DNA of 64,000 nt from Deltaproteobacteria bacterium (GTDB taxonomy: Bacteria; Desulfobacterota; Dissulfuribacteria; Dissulfuribacterales; UBA3076), in assembly GCA_018399745.1 (NCBI GenBank), contig JAGYNZ010000010.1, forward strand, positions 5,416-69,415. The letters are read 5' to 3'. Positions 1 through 9,186 of this stretch are shown here, one piece after another. Under the pieces are notes generated by a model. The model saw only the letters and a list, made by a program, of their open reading frames with translations, had not been told where the DNA came from and made no database searches. The position numbers and the translations under genes were made by a program. Numbering within the stretch: position 1 is the stretch's first letter; each line of letters starts with the position of its first letter.

Positions 1-537
1 ATCAACCCGTCGAGTGTCATTGGCTGTGACATTGGTGATAACGTTGCTGGTTATCATGCCGTTTGGCACAATTCTCACCTGGTTGTCAGGGGTGTGAAGA
101 ACAGTATTGAACATAGTAATGCCCTTGACTGTTCCGTTGGCACCGCCTGCCTCCACATAATCTCCTACTCGGAATGGCCGAAAGAGAATGAGCATGACTC
201 CTGCAGCGAAATTGGAGAGGGAATCCTTGAGAGCCAGGCCGACGGCTAGACCGGCCGCACCTACAATAGTTAGAAAAGACGTCGTGTTAATGCCGAGCTG
301 GCCGATGGCCGCTATAATTACCACAACAATTAGTGCATAATAGATCAGGTTTTCCGCAAACCTAATCAATGTTACGTCCACTTTGTTTTTCTCAAGTAGT
401 CTCCCCAATAGTTTTGATAAACGCCTGGAAATCCAGCGCCCCACGATGAATATGAGAATCGCTGCCAACAGTTTTACTGAGTATTGAGTAACCCAGATCG
501 TCAATGTATCCAAAATATTACCTAAATTTGTTTCCAT
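1..537 (-). CDS. mscS: Small-conductance mechanosensitive channel (MscS family), runs off the left edge
   Basis: Not in the ORF track. Manual translation from ATG 537 gives METNLGNILDTLTIWVTQYSVKLLAAILIFIVGRWIS... and later LTIVGAAGLAVGLALKDSLSNFAAGVMLILFRPFRVGDYV, the MscS TM3/beta-domain signature. Confidence 0.9.
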   Translation of the reverse strand, partial: METNLGNILDTLTIWVTQYSVKLLAAILIFIVGRWISRRLSKLLGRLLEKNKVDVTLIRFAENLIYYALIVVVIIAAIGQLGINTTSFLTIVGAAGLAVGLALKDSLSNFAAGVMLILFRPFRVGDYVEAGGANGTVKGITMFNTVLHTPDNQVRIVPNGMITSNVITNVTANDTRRVD

Positions 538-630
538 GTCTCAAATTCCCCTTTCATGGTGATATTTTTGTAAACCATTTCCATAGGGCACTTTTCCATT
601 TTAAAACGTCTTTCTGGATAAGCCAGGCCA

Positions 631-1380
631 TCACAAACCGAATACTTTTTTCAGGATATCCGTAGTCCGGGCTGCAGGGTTGGTGCGTATTTTCTCTTCC
701 TCTTCTCCCAGCAATGTGAAAAGCCCGTCAAGGGTCTTATTGGTTATATAGTGATCCAGATCAAGGTCCGTGCCTGCTATTAGAGGTTTTACGGCCGGAT
801 AATCCACAAGAGACTGATAGGTCTGGGTTACACCCACCTTTTGGGAGGTATCATGAACTATGGGCCGGAACCTTTCGCTGAGTGGTTGCCAGGTCTTGTC
901 ACGGAAATAGTCAGTAGCTGAAGTACCTCCGCTTTTCCATAAACGACGGACATCTTCAAAGCTTAGATCCTTTACGGCCTGAACCAGAATGGGAAGCGCT
1001 TCTCCTGAGGCCTTTTCTGCGGCCAGGTTCATGGTTCGTTCAAAGGCGTCGGTCTGGGAACCAAGTCCGAGCCCTCTCAAGGTCCCAGCAATATTTTGAA
1101 AATGGCCCGGTAGTGGTATATGAATGACTGGATTTTCCATAAAACCTCCGGGGCCGGAGGCCCTTTCCACTGATCTTTGCACCCCAAGATTCAGGGCCTC
1201 CCGAAGCCCGGTTAAGATATCCTGATCAGTGAGACCATTCTGCTGCCCAACGGCTTTCCCGGCTTCTTCGGAACCGGTTACGTCTTTTACAGTCTCAAGT
1301 GCGCTATCCCAAAATCCGCCGTAAACTGGTGAAGCCAAAGCAATAAGACTGAAGAGCATAAGGATCATAATGTGTTGCAT
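631..1380 (-). CDS. DUF4197 family exported protein
   Basis: Signal peptide; GLREAL..G, MNLAAEKA, ATDYFR and EEKIRTNPAARTTDILKKVFG motifs typical of DUF4197. Confidence 0.85.
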   Translation of the reverse strand: MQHIMILMLFSLIALASPVYGGFWDSALETVKDVTGSEEAGKAVGQQNGLTDQDILTGLREALNLGVQRSVERASGPGGFMENPVIHIPLPGHFQNIAGTLRGLGLGSQTDAFERTMNLAAEKASGEALPILVQAVKDLSFEDVRRLWKSGGTSATDYFRDKTWQPLSERFRPIVHDTSQKVGVTQTYQSLVDYPAVKPLIAGTDLDLDHYITNKTLDGLFTLLGEEEEKIRTNPAARTTDILKKVFGL

Positions 1381-1678
1381 AAAGGGGCCCTCCTTTGTTT
1401 TTAAAGATTAAAAGAATAGCTCATGGCTATACTTGCCGGGCAGTCTCAACTAGGCTGCGCATTTAAGTATCTTACATGCTAAGGGGTTTATTTTTAAAAA
1501 TATTATAGGGCCTGATGTCAACACAGGTCAAGCATCATATTCAATAGGTGGTTTACCGGATTTTTTAATGGCTGTTTCGTGTATTGATCTGTAGATTGGA
1601 AAGGGCCGTCAATGGGCCTAGCACGGTTTCCCGAGGCCGTTGTTTCCGAATTGGATAGAGGTGATTTACTGTCAGCCT

Positions 1679-2533
1679 CTAATATTCAGGTGGCATATTC
1701 TTAAGCTGTGCCAGGGAGAAGACAGGGCCGTCTTTACACACAAACTTATGGCCGATATTACAGCGGCCGCACATGCCGATACCGCACTTCATGCGCATTT
1801 CCAGGGAGAGGATGATTCTCTCAGGCGAGAACCCCACTTTTTCAAGCACAGGCTGTGTAAACTTGATCATAATCGGCGGACCGCAAACAATTGCAATGGC
1901 ATTATCCGCGTTGGTGATCTTCTGCTCTGTAATGGTGGGGACAAAACCTGTATTATATTTCCAATCCGGATCATCCGTCCCATCTACAGTGATATGCATG
2001 TTGATGTCATCTCTTTGTTCCCACTCTGCCAGCTCATCCTTGTAAAGCAGCATTCCTGGATTCCTCGCGCCATATACCACGGAAATATCCTTGAACTTGT
2101 CGCGGTTGTCCGGATGTAGCATATAGACAATACTGGATCTCAATGTGGTAAAGGCAAAACCGCCGCCTATGATGACAATATTCTTTCCTTCCATTTCTTT
2201 CCAGGGATACCAGTTGCCAAGAGGCCCACGTATACCCATTACATCACCCTCTTTCATGTTGTGAAGGTGCGTAGTAACCAGCCCTACCTTGTTTACCGTG
2301 AAAGTGACATGCCCTTTCTCTGTTGGTGAGGACGCAATACCAATAGGACTCTCTCCTTTTCCGGCTATAGATAATTCTGCAAACTGACCGGGTATGTATG
2401 AGAACTTGTTTTCATCCTCAGGTTTCTGAAACACAAACCTGAAGGTCTTGAGATTCCTGTCTTCAGTCTCTGTGACGATCTTATCTATACGAACCGGATA
2501 GGGTAGATACGGGTTTTTCAAGGGTCTCTCCAT
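1679..2533 (-). CDS. flxA: FAD/NAD(P)-binding oxidoreductase subunit (FlxA / AsrB-like)
   Basis: IRGPLGNW, IGGGFAFTTLRS, CGPPIMIK and C-terminal SLEMRMKCGIGMCGRC...VCKDGPVF [2Fe-2S] motif; last gene of an hdrA-mvhD operon. Confidence 0.85.
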   Translation of the reverse strand: MERPLKNPYLPYPVRIDKIVTETEDRNLKTFRFVFQKPEDENKFSYIPGQFAELSIAGKGESPIGIASSPTEKGHVTFTVNKVGLVTTHLHNMKEGDVMGIRGPLGNWYPWKEMEGKNIVIIGGGFAFTTLRSSIVYMLHPDNRDKFKDISVVYGARNPGMLLYKDELAEWEQRDDINMHITVDGTDDPDWKYNTGFVPTITEQKITNADNAIAIVCGPPIMIKFTQPVLEKVGFSPERIILSLEMRMKCGIGMCGRCNIGHKFVCKDGPVFSLAQLKNMPPEY

Positions 2534-2534
2534 G

Positions 2535-3587
2535 TTATTGGTTCTTATGTGAAAAGCCGTTCATCAATTCACACACCTGTCTGATATCTATATTCACAGG
2601 ACAGTTTCTTATACATCTGCCGCATCCTGAGCACTGAACTCCATTGTTATACCTGTCCACATAGTATTTCAGTTTATGCATAAATCTCTGGCGCACACGC
2701 TGTACCTTTCTGGCCCTTGGATTATGGCCTGAGCCATGCAGTGTAAAGAGGGGAAACATGCAGGAATCCCAGTTTCTGATCCGGTCCCCCTGTTTTTTAA
2801 ATACCTCATCCTGGATATCAAAACACCAGCAGGTGGGACACAGATATGTGCACGTGCCGCAATTAATGCACGCAAAGGCCACCTCATCCCAGAATGGCGC
2901 ATCAAAAAGCTCGGTCTGCACCTTGTCCTTTAACTTGTCAGTAGAAACCTTATTTCTTATTTTATCTAAAGCACTGGCTGCCAGTCCTTCACTTGCCTTC
3001 AGTGCGGCCTCGTCTGCTTCTTTTCCACCTTTTGCTTGGTTTAGGAACGTCTCGCCTTTGTCTGTCAGGGCCTTTACAAGGAATTTGTCTCCCAGATCGT
3101 AGAGTAGCGCGTCGAGGCCTTTTTCACTAAATGGGCCTCCACCAACGGACGTACAGAAACAAGTAGAGTCGGGATTATTACATCCAAGTCCCACGAAAGT
3201 GGTCGAGTTATAACGTTGTACCCACCAGGGATCCTGATATTCAGGATTGTCAAAATTAGGTCTAACTATCTGAAAGGCATGGGCATCACAGGGCCTTATC
3301 CCAACGATGGCCTGGGGAAAGTAGTCCTTTTTCGACTGCTTTATGATATTTGCGTCCGGGTCATTTTCATTCAAGGTATATTCAAAGAGACGCTCTGACT
3401 GGGGATAAATCAATGATTTAGGAGAAAGACGTGTATTTTTAAAGTTAAAGTCTGGATTTTTCTTATCGTCCATCGCCTCAAAGGTATGAAAGTCTCCGTC
3501 CCTGACTGGAACAAATATATTATAAGAGGATTTCAGGCCTGCTAATGTCTTTATCCACTCTTTTTTGGTATAGATCTTTTTTGTCAT
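2535..3587 (-). CDS. flxB: 4Fe-4S dicluster protein (FlxB / AsrA-like)
   Basis: GIRPCD, TCFCTS, CINCGTCTYLCPTCWCF, RQRFMHK and CSGCGRCIRNCP motifs. Confidence 0.8.
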   Translation of the reverse strand: MTKKIYTKKEWIKTLAGLKSSYNIFVPVRDGDFHTFEAMDDKKNPDFNFKNTRLSPKSLIYPQSERLFEYTLNENDPDANIIKQSKKDYFPQAIVGIRPCDAHAFQIVRPNFDNPEYQDPWWVQRYNSTTFVGLGCNNPDSTCFCTSVGGGPFSEKGLDALLYDLGDKFLVKALTDKGETFLNQAKGGKEADEAALKASEGLAASALDKIRNKVSTDKLKDKVQTELFDAPFWDEVAFACINCGTCTYLCPTCWCFDIQDEVFKKQGDRIRNWDSCMFPLFTLHGSGHNPRARKVQRVRQRFMHKLKYYVDRYNNGVQCSGCGRCIRNCPVNIDIRQVCELMNGFSHKNQ

Positions 3588-3593
3588 GAGGCG

Positions 3594-4544
3594 CTACCTT
3601 ATGAAATCGTTGTAATCATCAGGCCGAAATACATCTAGTAGAGGACGCTGATCCAGACTTAGCCCGGCTTCCCAGGAAAAGAACTCCTGAGCGTCCTTAT
3701 TGAGTTTTTTTGTAAACTGCCTTACAGGGATACCCATTGGACAGACCCTTTCACACGCACCGCAGTCTGTGCACCTGCCTGCACAGTGATAGGCCCTCAG
3801 GACATGAAAAGTCATGGTGTCAATCGGGTCACTGCTTTTGCCTATCCATTGGGGTCTTGATTCATCCACAAAACATGTGGGGCAATAACACAGGGGGCAG
3901 GCGTCCCTGCAGGCATAACAGCGGATGCATTTGTCTATCATTCTGGTAAATAAATTCCATTTATTCTCTGGGTCCATCTTTTCGATTTCTTTTACATCCT
4001 TGTACGCATCAATTTCTCTCTGTTCCTCTACCGGCTGACCGATAATCTCATCAAATATTACGGGATTACGATGGGTACAGACCAAACAGTTAGACCGGAG
4101 GTAATCTTTTATATTAAGGGTTTTTTCAAAATCCCTACCTTTTACAGTGAAGGTCTCCGCATGCTCTTCTACTGCAAGAATCTCTTGTTGCTTTACCGCC
4201 CTTTGTACGGCTCGATGGTCAATCATGCCTTTGCATGGTATACCGACAATATAGAGCTGATCCCGTCTGATCTGGTTTTCCGTGATATGTGTAACAATGT
4301 TTCTGGAATTGCATCCATTGGCGATAATTCCAATCCGGTCTGTCCGCCTGGTCAGATAATTGCACAGGTTTAACCCGCAGTTTCTATCCCAATAGAGGAG
4401 GTCCGCCTGATCGGCAGTATTAATAAGGACCGGCTGATTCATCATGGGAACGCTCCCCTTCTTGTAACCAATGAACACATCCACCTTGTCATCCTTAAAC
4501 AGTTTTCTGGCAGTCTTCCTGATCTTCTCGACATACTCCAGCAT
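3594..4544 (-). CDS. flxC: 4Fe-4S protein (FlxC-like)
   Basis: CIRCYACRDACPLCYC and CAGRCTDCGACERVCP motifs. Start re-assigned to ATG 4544 (MLEYVEK), which overlaps the mvhD TAA (TAATG). Confidence 0.8.
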   Translation of the reverse strand: MLEYVEKIRKTARKLFKDDKVDVFIGYKKGSVPMMNQPVLINTADQADLLYWDRNCGLNLCNYLTRRTDRIGIIANGCNSRNIVTHITENQIRRDQLYIVGIPCKGMIDHRAVQRAVKQQEILAVEEHAETFTVKGRDFEKTLNIKDYLRSNCLVCTHRNPVIFDEIIGQPVEEQREIDAYKDVKEIEKMDPENKWNLFTRMIDKCIRCYACRDACPLCYCPTCFVDESRPQWIGKSSDPIDTMTFHVLRAYHCAGRCTDCGACERVCPMGIPVRQFTKKLNKDAQEFFSWEAGLSLDQRPLLDVFRPDDYNDFIR

Positions 4545-4975
4545 TATGCCACCTCGGCCCTTTTCTTGATAAAGTGTTGTGCAGGCCCAAGGGCCTTTAC
4601 TTCTTTTGCCACCTCCTGCGCCACTTCCACAAACTTGGTGGCCTCTGCAGATGATATCCATGAGAAATGCAATCTGCCGGGTTCAATCCCTATATGTTCC
4701 AGGAGCCCTTTTATCAGAGCAAATTTTCTTCTTGCGTAGTAATTACCTTCCAGGTAATGGCAGTCTCCAGGCTGTCACCCGGATACCCACACGCCATCAG
4801 ACCCATGACGGAAGGCAGCCAATATGAACTTTGGACTTATCCGGCCGGAACAGGGCACGCGTATTACCCTGAAATTAGGCGGATACTGAAATCGGCTCAC
4901 GCCTGCCAGATCTGCGGCTCCGTAACTGCACCAGTTACAAAGAAAGGTCGTAATCCTTGGCTCCCATTCGTTCAT
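4544..4975 (-). CDS. mvhD: Selenocysteine-containing MvhD/FlxD (hydrogenase iron-sulfur subunit delta), Sec67, 143 aa
   Basis: FLCNWCSY..., CSGR; in-frame TGA at 4777-4775 gives GUQPGDCHY (canonical GCHPGDCHY); the frame continues to TAA at 4546-4544. GGAG RBS favours ATG 4975 over 4987. Confidence 0.93.
4742..4758 (-). promoter_or_regulatory. Bacterial SECIS hairpin (mvhD)
   Basis: ATTACCT-GGA-AGGTAAT perfect 7-bp stem; loop G at +24 from the UGA. Confidence 0.85.
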
Positions 4976-4997
4976 ATAATTCTCCATTCTATAATAC

Positions 4998-5212
4998 GTT
5001 CAAAGGTTCAGGGTTCACCGTTCAGGGTTGCTTTTCTTTTGTTAACCTTTACTAAACTCGTACCTTGAACTTGCAAGTCAGCTCACGAGCCAACTGCCAT
5101 GCCTCAATATCCTCAAATTTAGGGGGTATGAAATATACTCCCCTTGTTTTATTCTCATGCCTTCTCCATAACCCTTGAACCCTGAACCTCTAAACCTTTG
5201 AACCTCTGAACC
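4998..5212. repeat. Inverted arrays of 7-8-nt GGTTCA/TGAACC units
   Basis: 4998-5030 gttcaaaggttcagggttcaccgttcagggttg and 5170-5212 aacccttgaaccctgaacctctaaacctttgaacctctgaacc. Confidence 0.8.
5052..5158 (-). pseudogene. Remnant of a four-helix-bundle (23S rRNA IVP-like) gene
   Basis: GGAG RBS, then ATG AGA ATA AAA CAA, a 26-nt hairpin insertion, and FEDIEAWQLARELTCK..*. This matches the typical N-terminus of four-helix-bundle proteins; the rest of the gene is missing. Confidence 0.65.
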
Positions 5213-5217
5213 TTTTC

Positions 5218-8200
5218 CTATACCTCATTAATCATGGCCATGATCTGATCCTGAGCAAATCCCTTGAGGTCTATTGCACCTGATCGGCAGGATGCCACAC
5301 ACAAACCGCAACCTTTGCACAGTACCGAGTTTATCTCTGCCTTGCCTGCAAATCGTCCTTCTCCCACAATGGATGGGGCTGAGTAAGGGCATATAGACAC
5401 GCATACACCACATCCACTGCACAACATGGGATTGATCCGTGCCACGGTACCGCTCGCAAACACTTTGCCTGTTGCGATGATGCCTGATGCTCGTGAAGCT
5501 GCGGCCAGGGCCTGCGCGATACTTTCGTCAATGGACTTTGGATAGTGAGCCAGTCCGCAAAGAAAGATTCCATCGGTGGCAAAGTCGACCGGCCTCAGCT
5601 TGGCATGGGCCTCAATGAAAAATCCGTCATCGTTTACCGGAACCTTGAAGAATGTGGCCATTTGTCCTGCTTCAGACGGCAAAATCGCGGTTGCAAGCAC
5701 AATAAGATCCGCCTGTAGGATAACAGGCCTGTTCAGTATATGATCTTTAATTTCTATATTCAGGGCATCCTTTTTCGAACTCACCTTTGGTTTGGACTGA
5801 AGACCATAGCGGAAGAATATAACTCCTTTTGCCCTTGCCTCTCTGAAGAGGTCTTCCCTTTCACCGTAAGTCCTTATATCGCGATACAAAACATAGACAT
5901 CAACATTCGGATTACGACTCTTGAGCTCGAGCGCGCTTTCCATGGTATGGGTACAGCACACGCGGCTGCAATAAGGACGATCCGGTTCACGAGATCCAAC
6001 GCACTGGATAAAGACTGCTGACCGGATATCCTTAAGCGATGGATCATCCTGAATAAATTTTGCATCCAGCTCCAAGTGGGTCAGTACACGGGAGTCTTCA
6101 CCATAGAGGTATTCAGAGGGCTTGTATTCATGACCACCGGTAGCGACTACTGCCACTCCGTGTTTTAGCGTGATTTCTTTATCACCGTTTTTTAAGGTGG
6201 AGGAGAAGTTGCCTACAAAACCTTCCACATTTGTAAGCTCAGTGGATCTGTGCACATAAATCAAAGGATTTTTTTCTATCTCGTCTGCCAGATCTTTCAC
6301 GTAGGCCTGGATGTCTTCGCCCTTCCATGTCTTGTTAAGTAATCTGGCTTGGCCCCCTAATTTCTCTGAGCGCTCAATAAGATGGACCTCATAACCCTGA
6401 TCTGCCAGGTTTTTCGCACACACCATGCCGGAAACACCTCCACCGACCACCATGGTGACCGGTTCCAGGCCAAGCTCCGTGTCCGGAAGGGGTTCCAGCA
6501 GGGCTGCCTTGGTAACGGCCATTCGTACGAGATCTTTTGCCTTTTCCGTAGCGGCCACAGGGTCTTTACTATGCACCCATGAGTCCTGATTGCGGATATT
6601 GGCCATCTCAAATAGATATTTGTTCAGTCCCGCATTCATCAGGGTTTCCTGAAAAAGGGGTTCATGGGTCTTTGGTGTACAGGCGGCAACCACAACCCGG
6701 TTGATACCCTGCTCCTTGATAACTTCTGCCATCTTGACCTGGGTATCCTGGGAACAGGTATACATATTGTCTTCAGCATATGTGACATATGGAAGAGTCT
6801 TGGCATATTCCCGCACCTCGGGCACGTTGACTACGCCTGCGATGTTTATACCGCACTGACAGACAAAGACTCCAATGCGCGGGGGCTGTCCGATCACGTT
6901 AGCTTCCGGCGGCATCTCTTGTATCTGAGTCTGTGTCCAACGGCTTTCGCTCAAGAGTACACTGGACGCCGCTGCGGCTGCGGATGCCTCCATCACAGAT
7001 TGGGGTATGTCTTTTGGACCCTGAATCGCCCCGCATACAAAGATACCTTCCCTTGTAGTCGCTACGGGTGCAAAGCTGTCTGTCCTGGCGAAGTTGTATT
7101 TATTCAGCTCAATCCCAAGACATCCTGCAAGCTTGATACTTTCTTCCCCTACCTGGAAGCCCACGGAAAGCACCACAAGGTCAAAAATTTCGCTCTTCAG
7201 CTCTCCATTATCATCAATATATGTTATCTCAAGGTTTCCGTCTTCTATCGGGTTTACAGTATGAACCCGCGAACGGATAAACCTTACACCGTGCTCATTA
7301 CGGGCTCGTTTATAATATTCCTCAAAATCCTTGCCATAGGTCCGTATATCCATATAAAAGATAGTCGGTTCCAAGTCCCCGTGTGCATGCTCTTTGGCAA
7401 TAACCGCTTCCTTTATCGCATACATACAACAGACACCGGAGCAGTATGCATTGCTTCGTTCGTGGGTATCACGGGAGCCCACACATTGAAGCCACGCTAT
7501 TTTTTTTGGCTCTTCGCGGTCATAGGGCCTCATCAGATGGCCCATATACGGACCGGATGCGCTCAGGATACGCTCGAACTCCATGCTGGTGATCACATTA
7601 GGAGATTTCCCGTAAGCAAACACTTCCTGGACTTTAGGATCGAACAGTTCGTTTCCTACCGCAAGGATCACAGCGCCTATTTCAAGTTCTGTCCTTTTCG
7701 GCAAATCATCATAATTAATCGCTCCGGCAAGACAGATTTTCTCACAGAGACCGCACCCGATGCACTGTTCCCTATCTATTGAATAGGCCAGAGGGACCGC
7801 TTGGGCATACTTGATGGACGTGGCGGCCCGGATATCCAGACCGCAGTCGAATTCGTTTACACAATGTACAGGACAGACCTGGCTGCATTGCCCGCAACCG
7901 GTACATATATCAGGGTCAATATATCGTGGATGATTAATGAGCGTGGCCTTAAAATGCCCCGCTTCACCATCAAAGGATTCAACCTCTGCGTTGGGAATGA
8001 TATTTATATTAAGATGCCGGCCGACCTCGACCAGTTTAGGGGAGATAATTCACATGGCACAGTCGTTAGTTGGAAAGGTCTTATCCAACTGCGCCATCAT
8101 ACCCCCGATAGTCGGTGACTTGTCAACCAGGTGTACGTAATATCCCGCATTTGCAAGATCAAGAGCCGCCTGCATTCCGGCGATGCCGGCCCCTACGACC

Positions 8201-8241
8201 ATTACGCTTCCCATGTTTTTCATCTCTAGATCCTTAGCCAT
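5218..8241 (-). CDS. hdrA: Selenocysteine-containing heterodisulfide reductase subunit A-like flavoprotein, Sec64, 1007 aa
   Basis: ORFs 8050..8241 and 5218..7704 are in the same frame; TGA 8052-8050 in [19 protein letters not shown]; FAD GxGxxG motifs, CVGSRD/CSGVCC and ferredoxin motifs. Confidence 0.95.
8017..8034 (-). promoter_or_regulatory. Bacterial SECIS hairpin (hdrA, downstream copy)
   Basis: CTGGTCG-AGGT-CGGCCGG; loop G at +24; identical to the hairpin in the other hdrA copy. Confidence 0.85.
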
Positions 8242-8267
8242 TCCTGTTCCTCTATATCAATACCTAA

Positions 8268-8382
8268 GTTAAGCAGTTAGCAGTTAGCCATTAGGGTTTA
8301 GCTTTGGGAAATAACTAATTTTGTAATAGCAAAACCTTCTGTAATCATTTAGCTAATAGCTAACCGCTAAAGCCTAATAGCT
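8268..8382. repeat. Inverted heptamer arrays (TTAGC / GCTAA units)
   Basis: gttaagc-agttagc-agttagc-cattagg-gtttagc, then agctaat-agctaac-cgctaaa-gcctaat-agct, in the mvhD-hdrA intergenic region. Confidence 0.75.
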
Positions 8383-8391
8383 CAATTTAGG

Positions 8392-9150
8392 TTACATACC
8401 CATGAATATAGGGGTATTCCCACTATATTTTTGTAGTCCTGCCTGATTCTGTCTTTCCAGTTCATTGAGGCGCAGAGAGACTGTATATACGGCCAAGCCT
8501 GTCTTTTCCGCCATTTCCCTTACAGAGAGGGGTCTTTCTTCAAGGACCCTCATTATTAAAGCCTTTTGATATTCCTCTTGAGCGGCTTGGTGAAGCATTT
8601 TCTTGTAATCCTCTTTTTTGAACTTTTCGTTATAAACATTACCCTGTTCAGTGACCTGCTTTATCAAGCCCAAAAGCCATCTGATCCTGGCGGAATTAAG
8701 TGTTTGTTCAACAGCAGCCAGGGGAAGCTCGAATTTGTCTGCATCAAAAGGCCCCAGTTTTTGCGTAATTTCGCTTACCTCGGTTACATATTTGGCAAAA
8801 AGTTGTCCTTCAGCCGCACTGACCCAACGAAGTTGCAGACGATTCCGCCCGATACCTGAAAGATCCAGTAAATATTGAATCAGTTCCATTCTGTTGGCCG
8901 CGTATTCATTACCATCCTGGTAATGGCATTCTCCCAGATGTCACCCTGAGACAAAGACGCTGTCAAACCCGCTTTTCAGCCCATCCGTAATATAGACAGG
9001 ATCAACCCGGCCTGAACACATTACCCGAATTGAGCGGATAGTCGGAGGATACTGGAGCCTGGAAACCCCTGCCAGGTCGGCACCTGCATAGGCACACCAG
9101 TTACACAGAAATGCCAGAATTTTTGGCTCAAATGATTTGTTTGTTTCCAT
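8392..9150 (-). CDS. mvhD: Selenocysteine-containing MvhD with C-terminal winged-HTH-like extension, Sec70, 252 aa
   Basis: TGA 8943-8941 in SGUHLGECHY, in frame with ORF 8392..8889; C-terminal PLSVREMAEKTGLAVYTVSLRLNELER is HTH-like. Confidence 0.9.
8907..8925 (-). promoter_or_regulatory. Bacterial SECIS hairpin (mvhD-HTH)
   Basis: CATTACCA-GGA-TGGTAATG perfect 8-bp stem, loop G at +24; compensatory A-T versus T-A closing pair relative to the other mvhD. Confidence 0.88.
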
Positions 9151-9186
9151 ATTTTCTGCCTTTATTCACTTGCCGCCAGCGGTCAG

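Noticed and set aside
4545-4661. N-terminal 39-aa extension of ORF 3594..4661
   Set aside because: It overlaps the recoded 3' half of mvhD; the true start is the coupled ATG at 4544.
6664-7782. 372-aa plus-strand ORF and other long antisense ORFs (e.g. 11710..12264, 57286..57858, 59447..60142)
   Set aside because: Shadow ORFs opposite well-supported genes, with no recognisable motifs.
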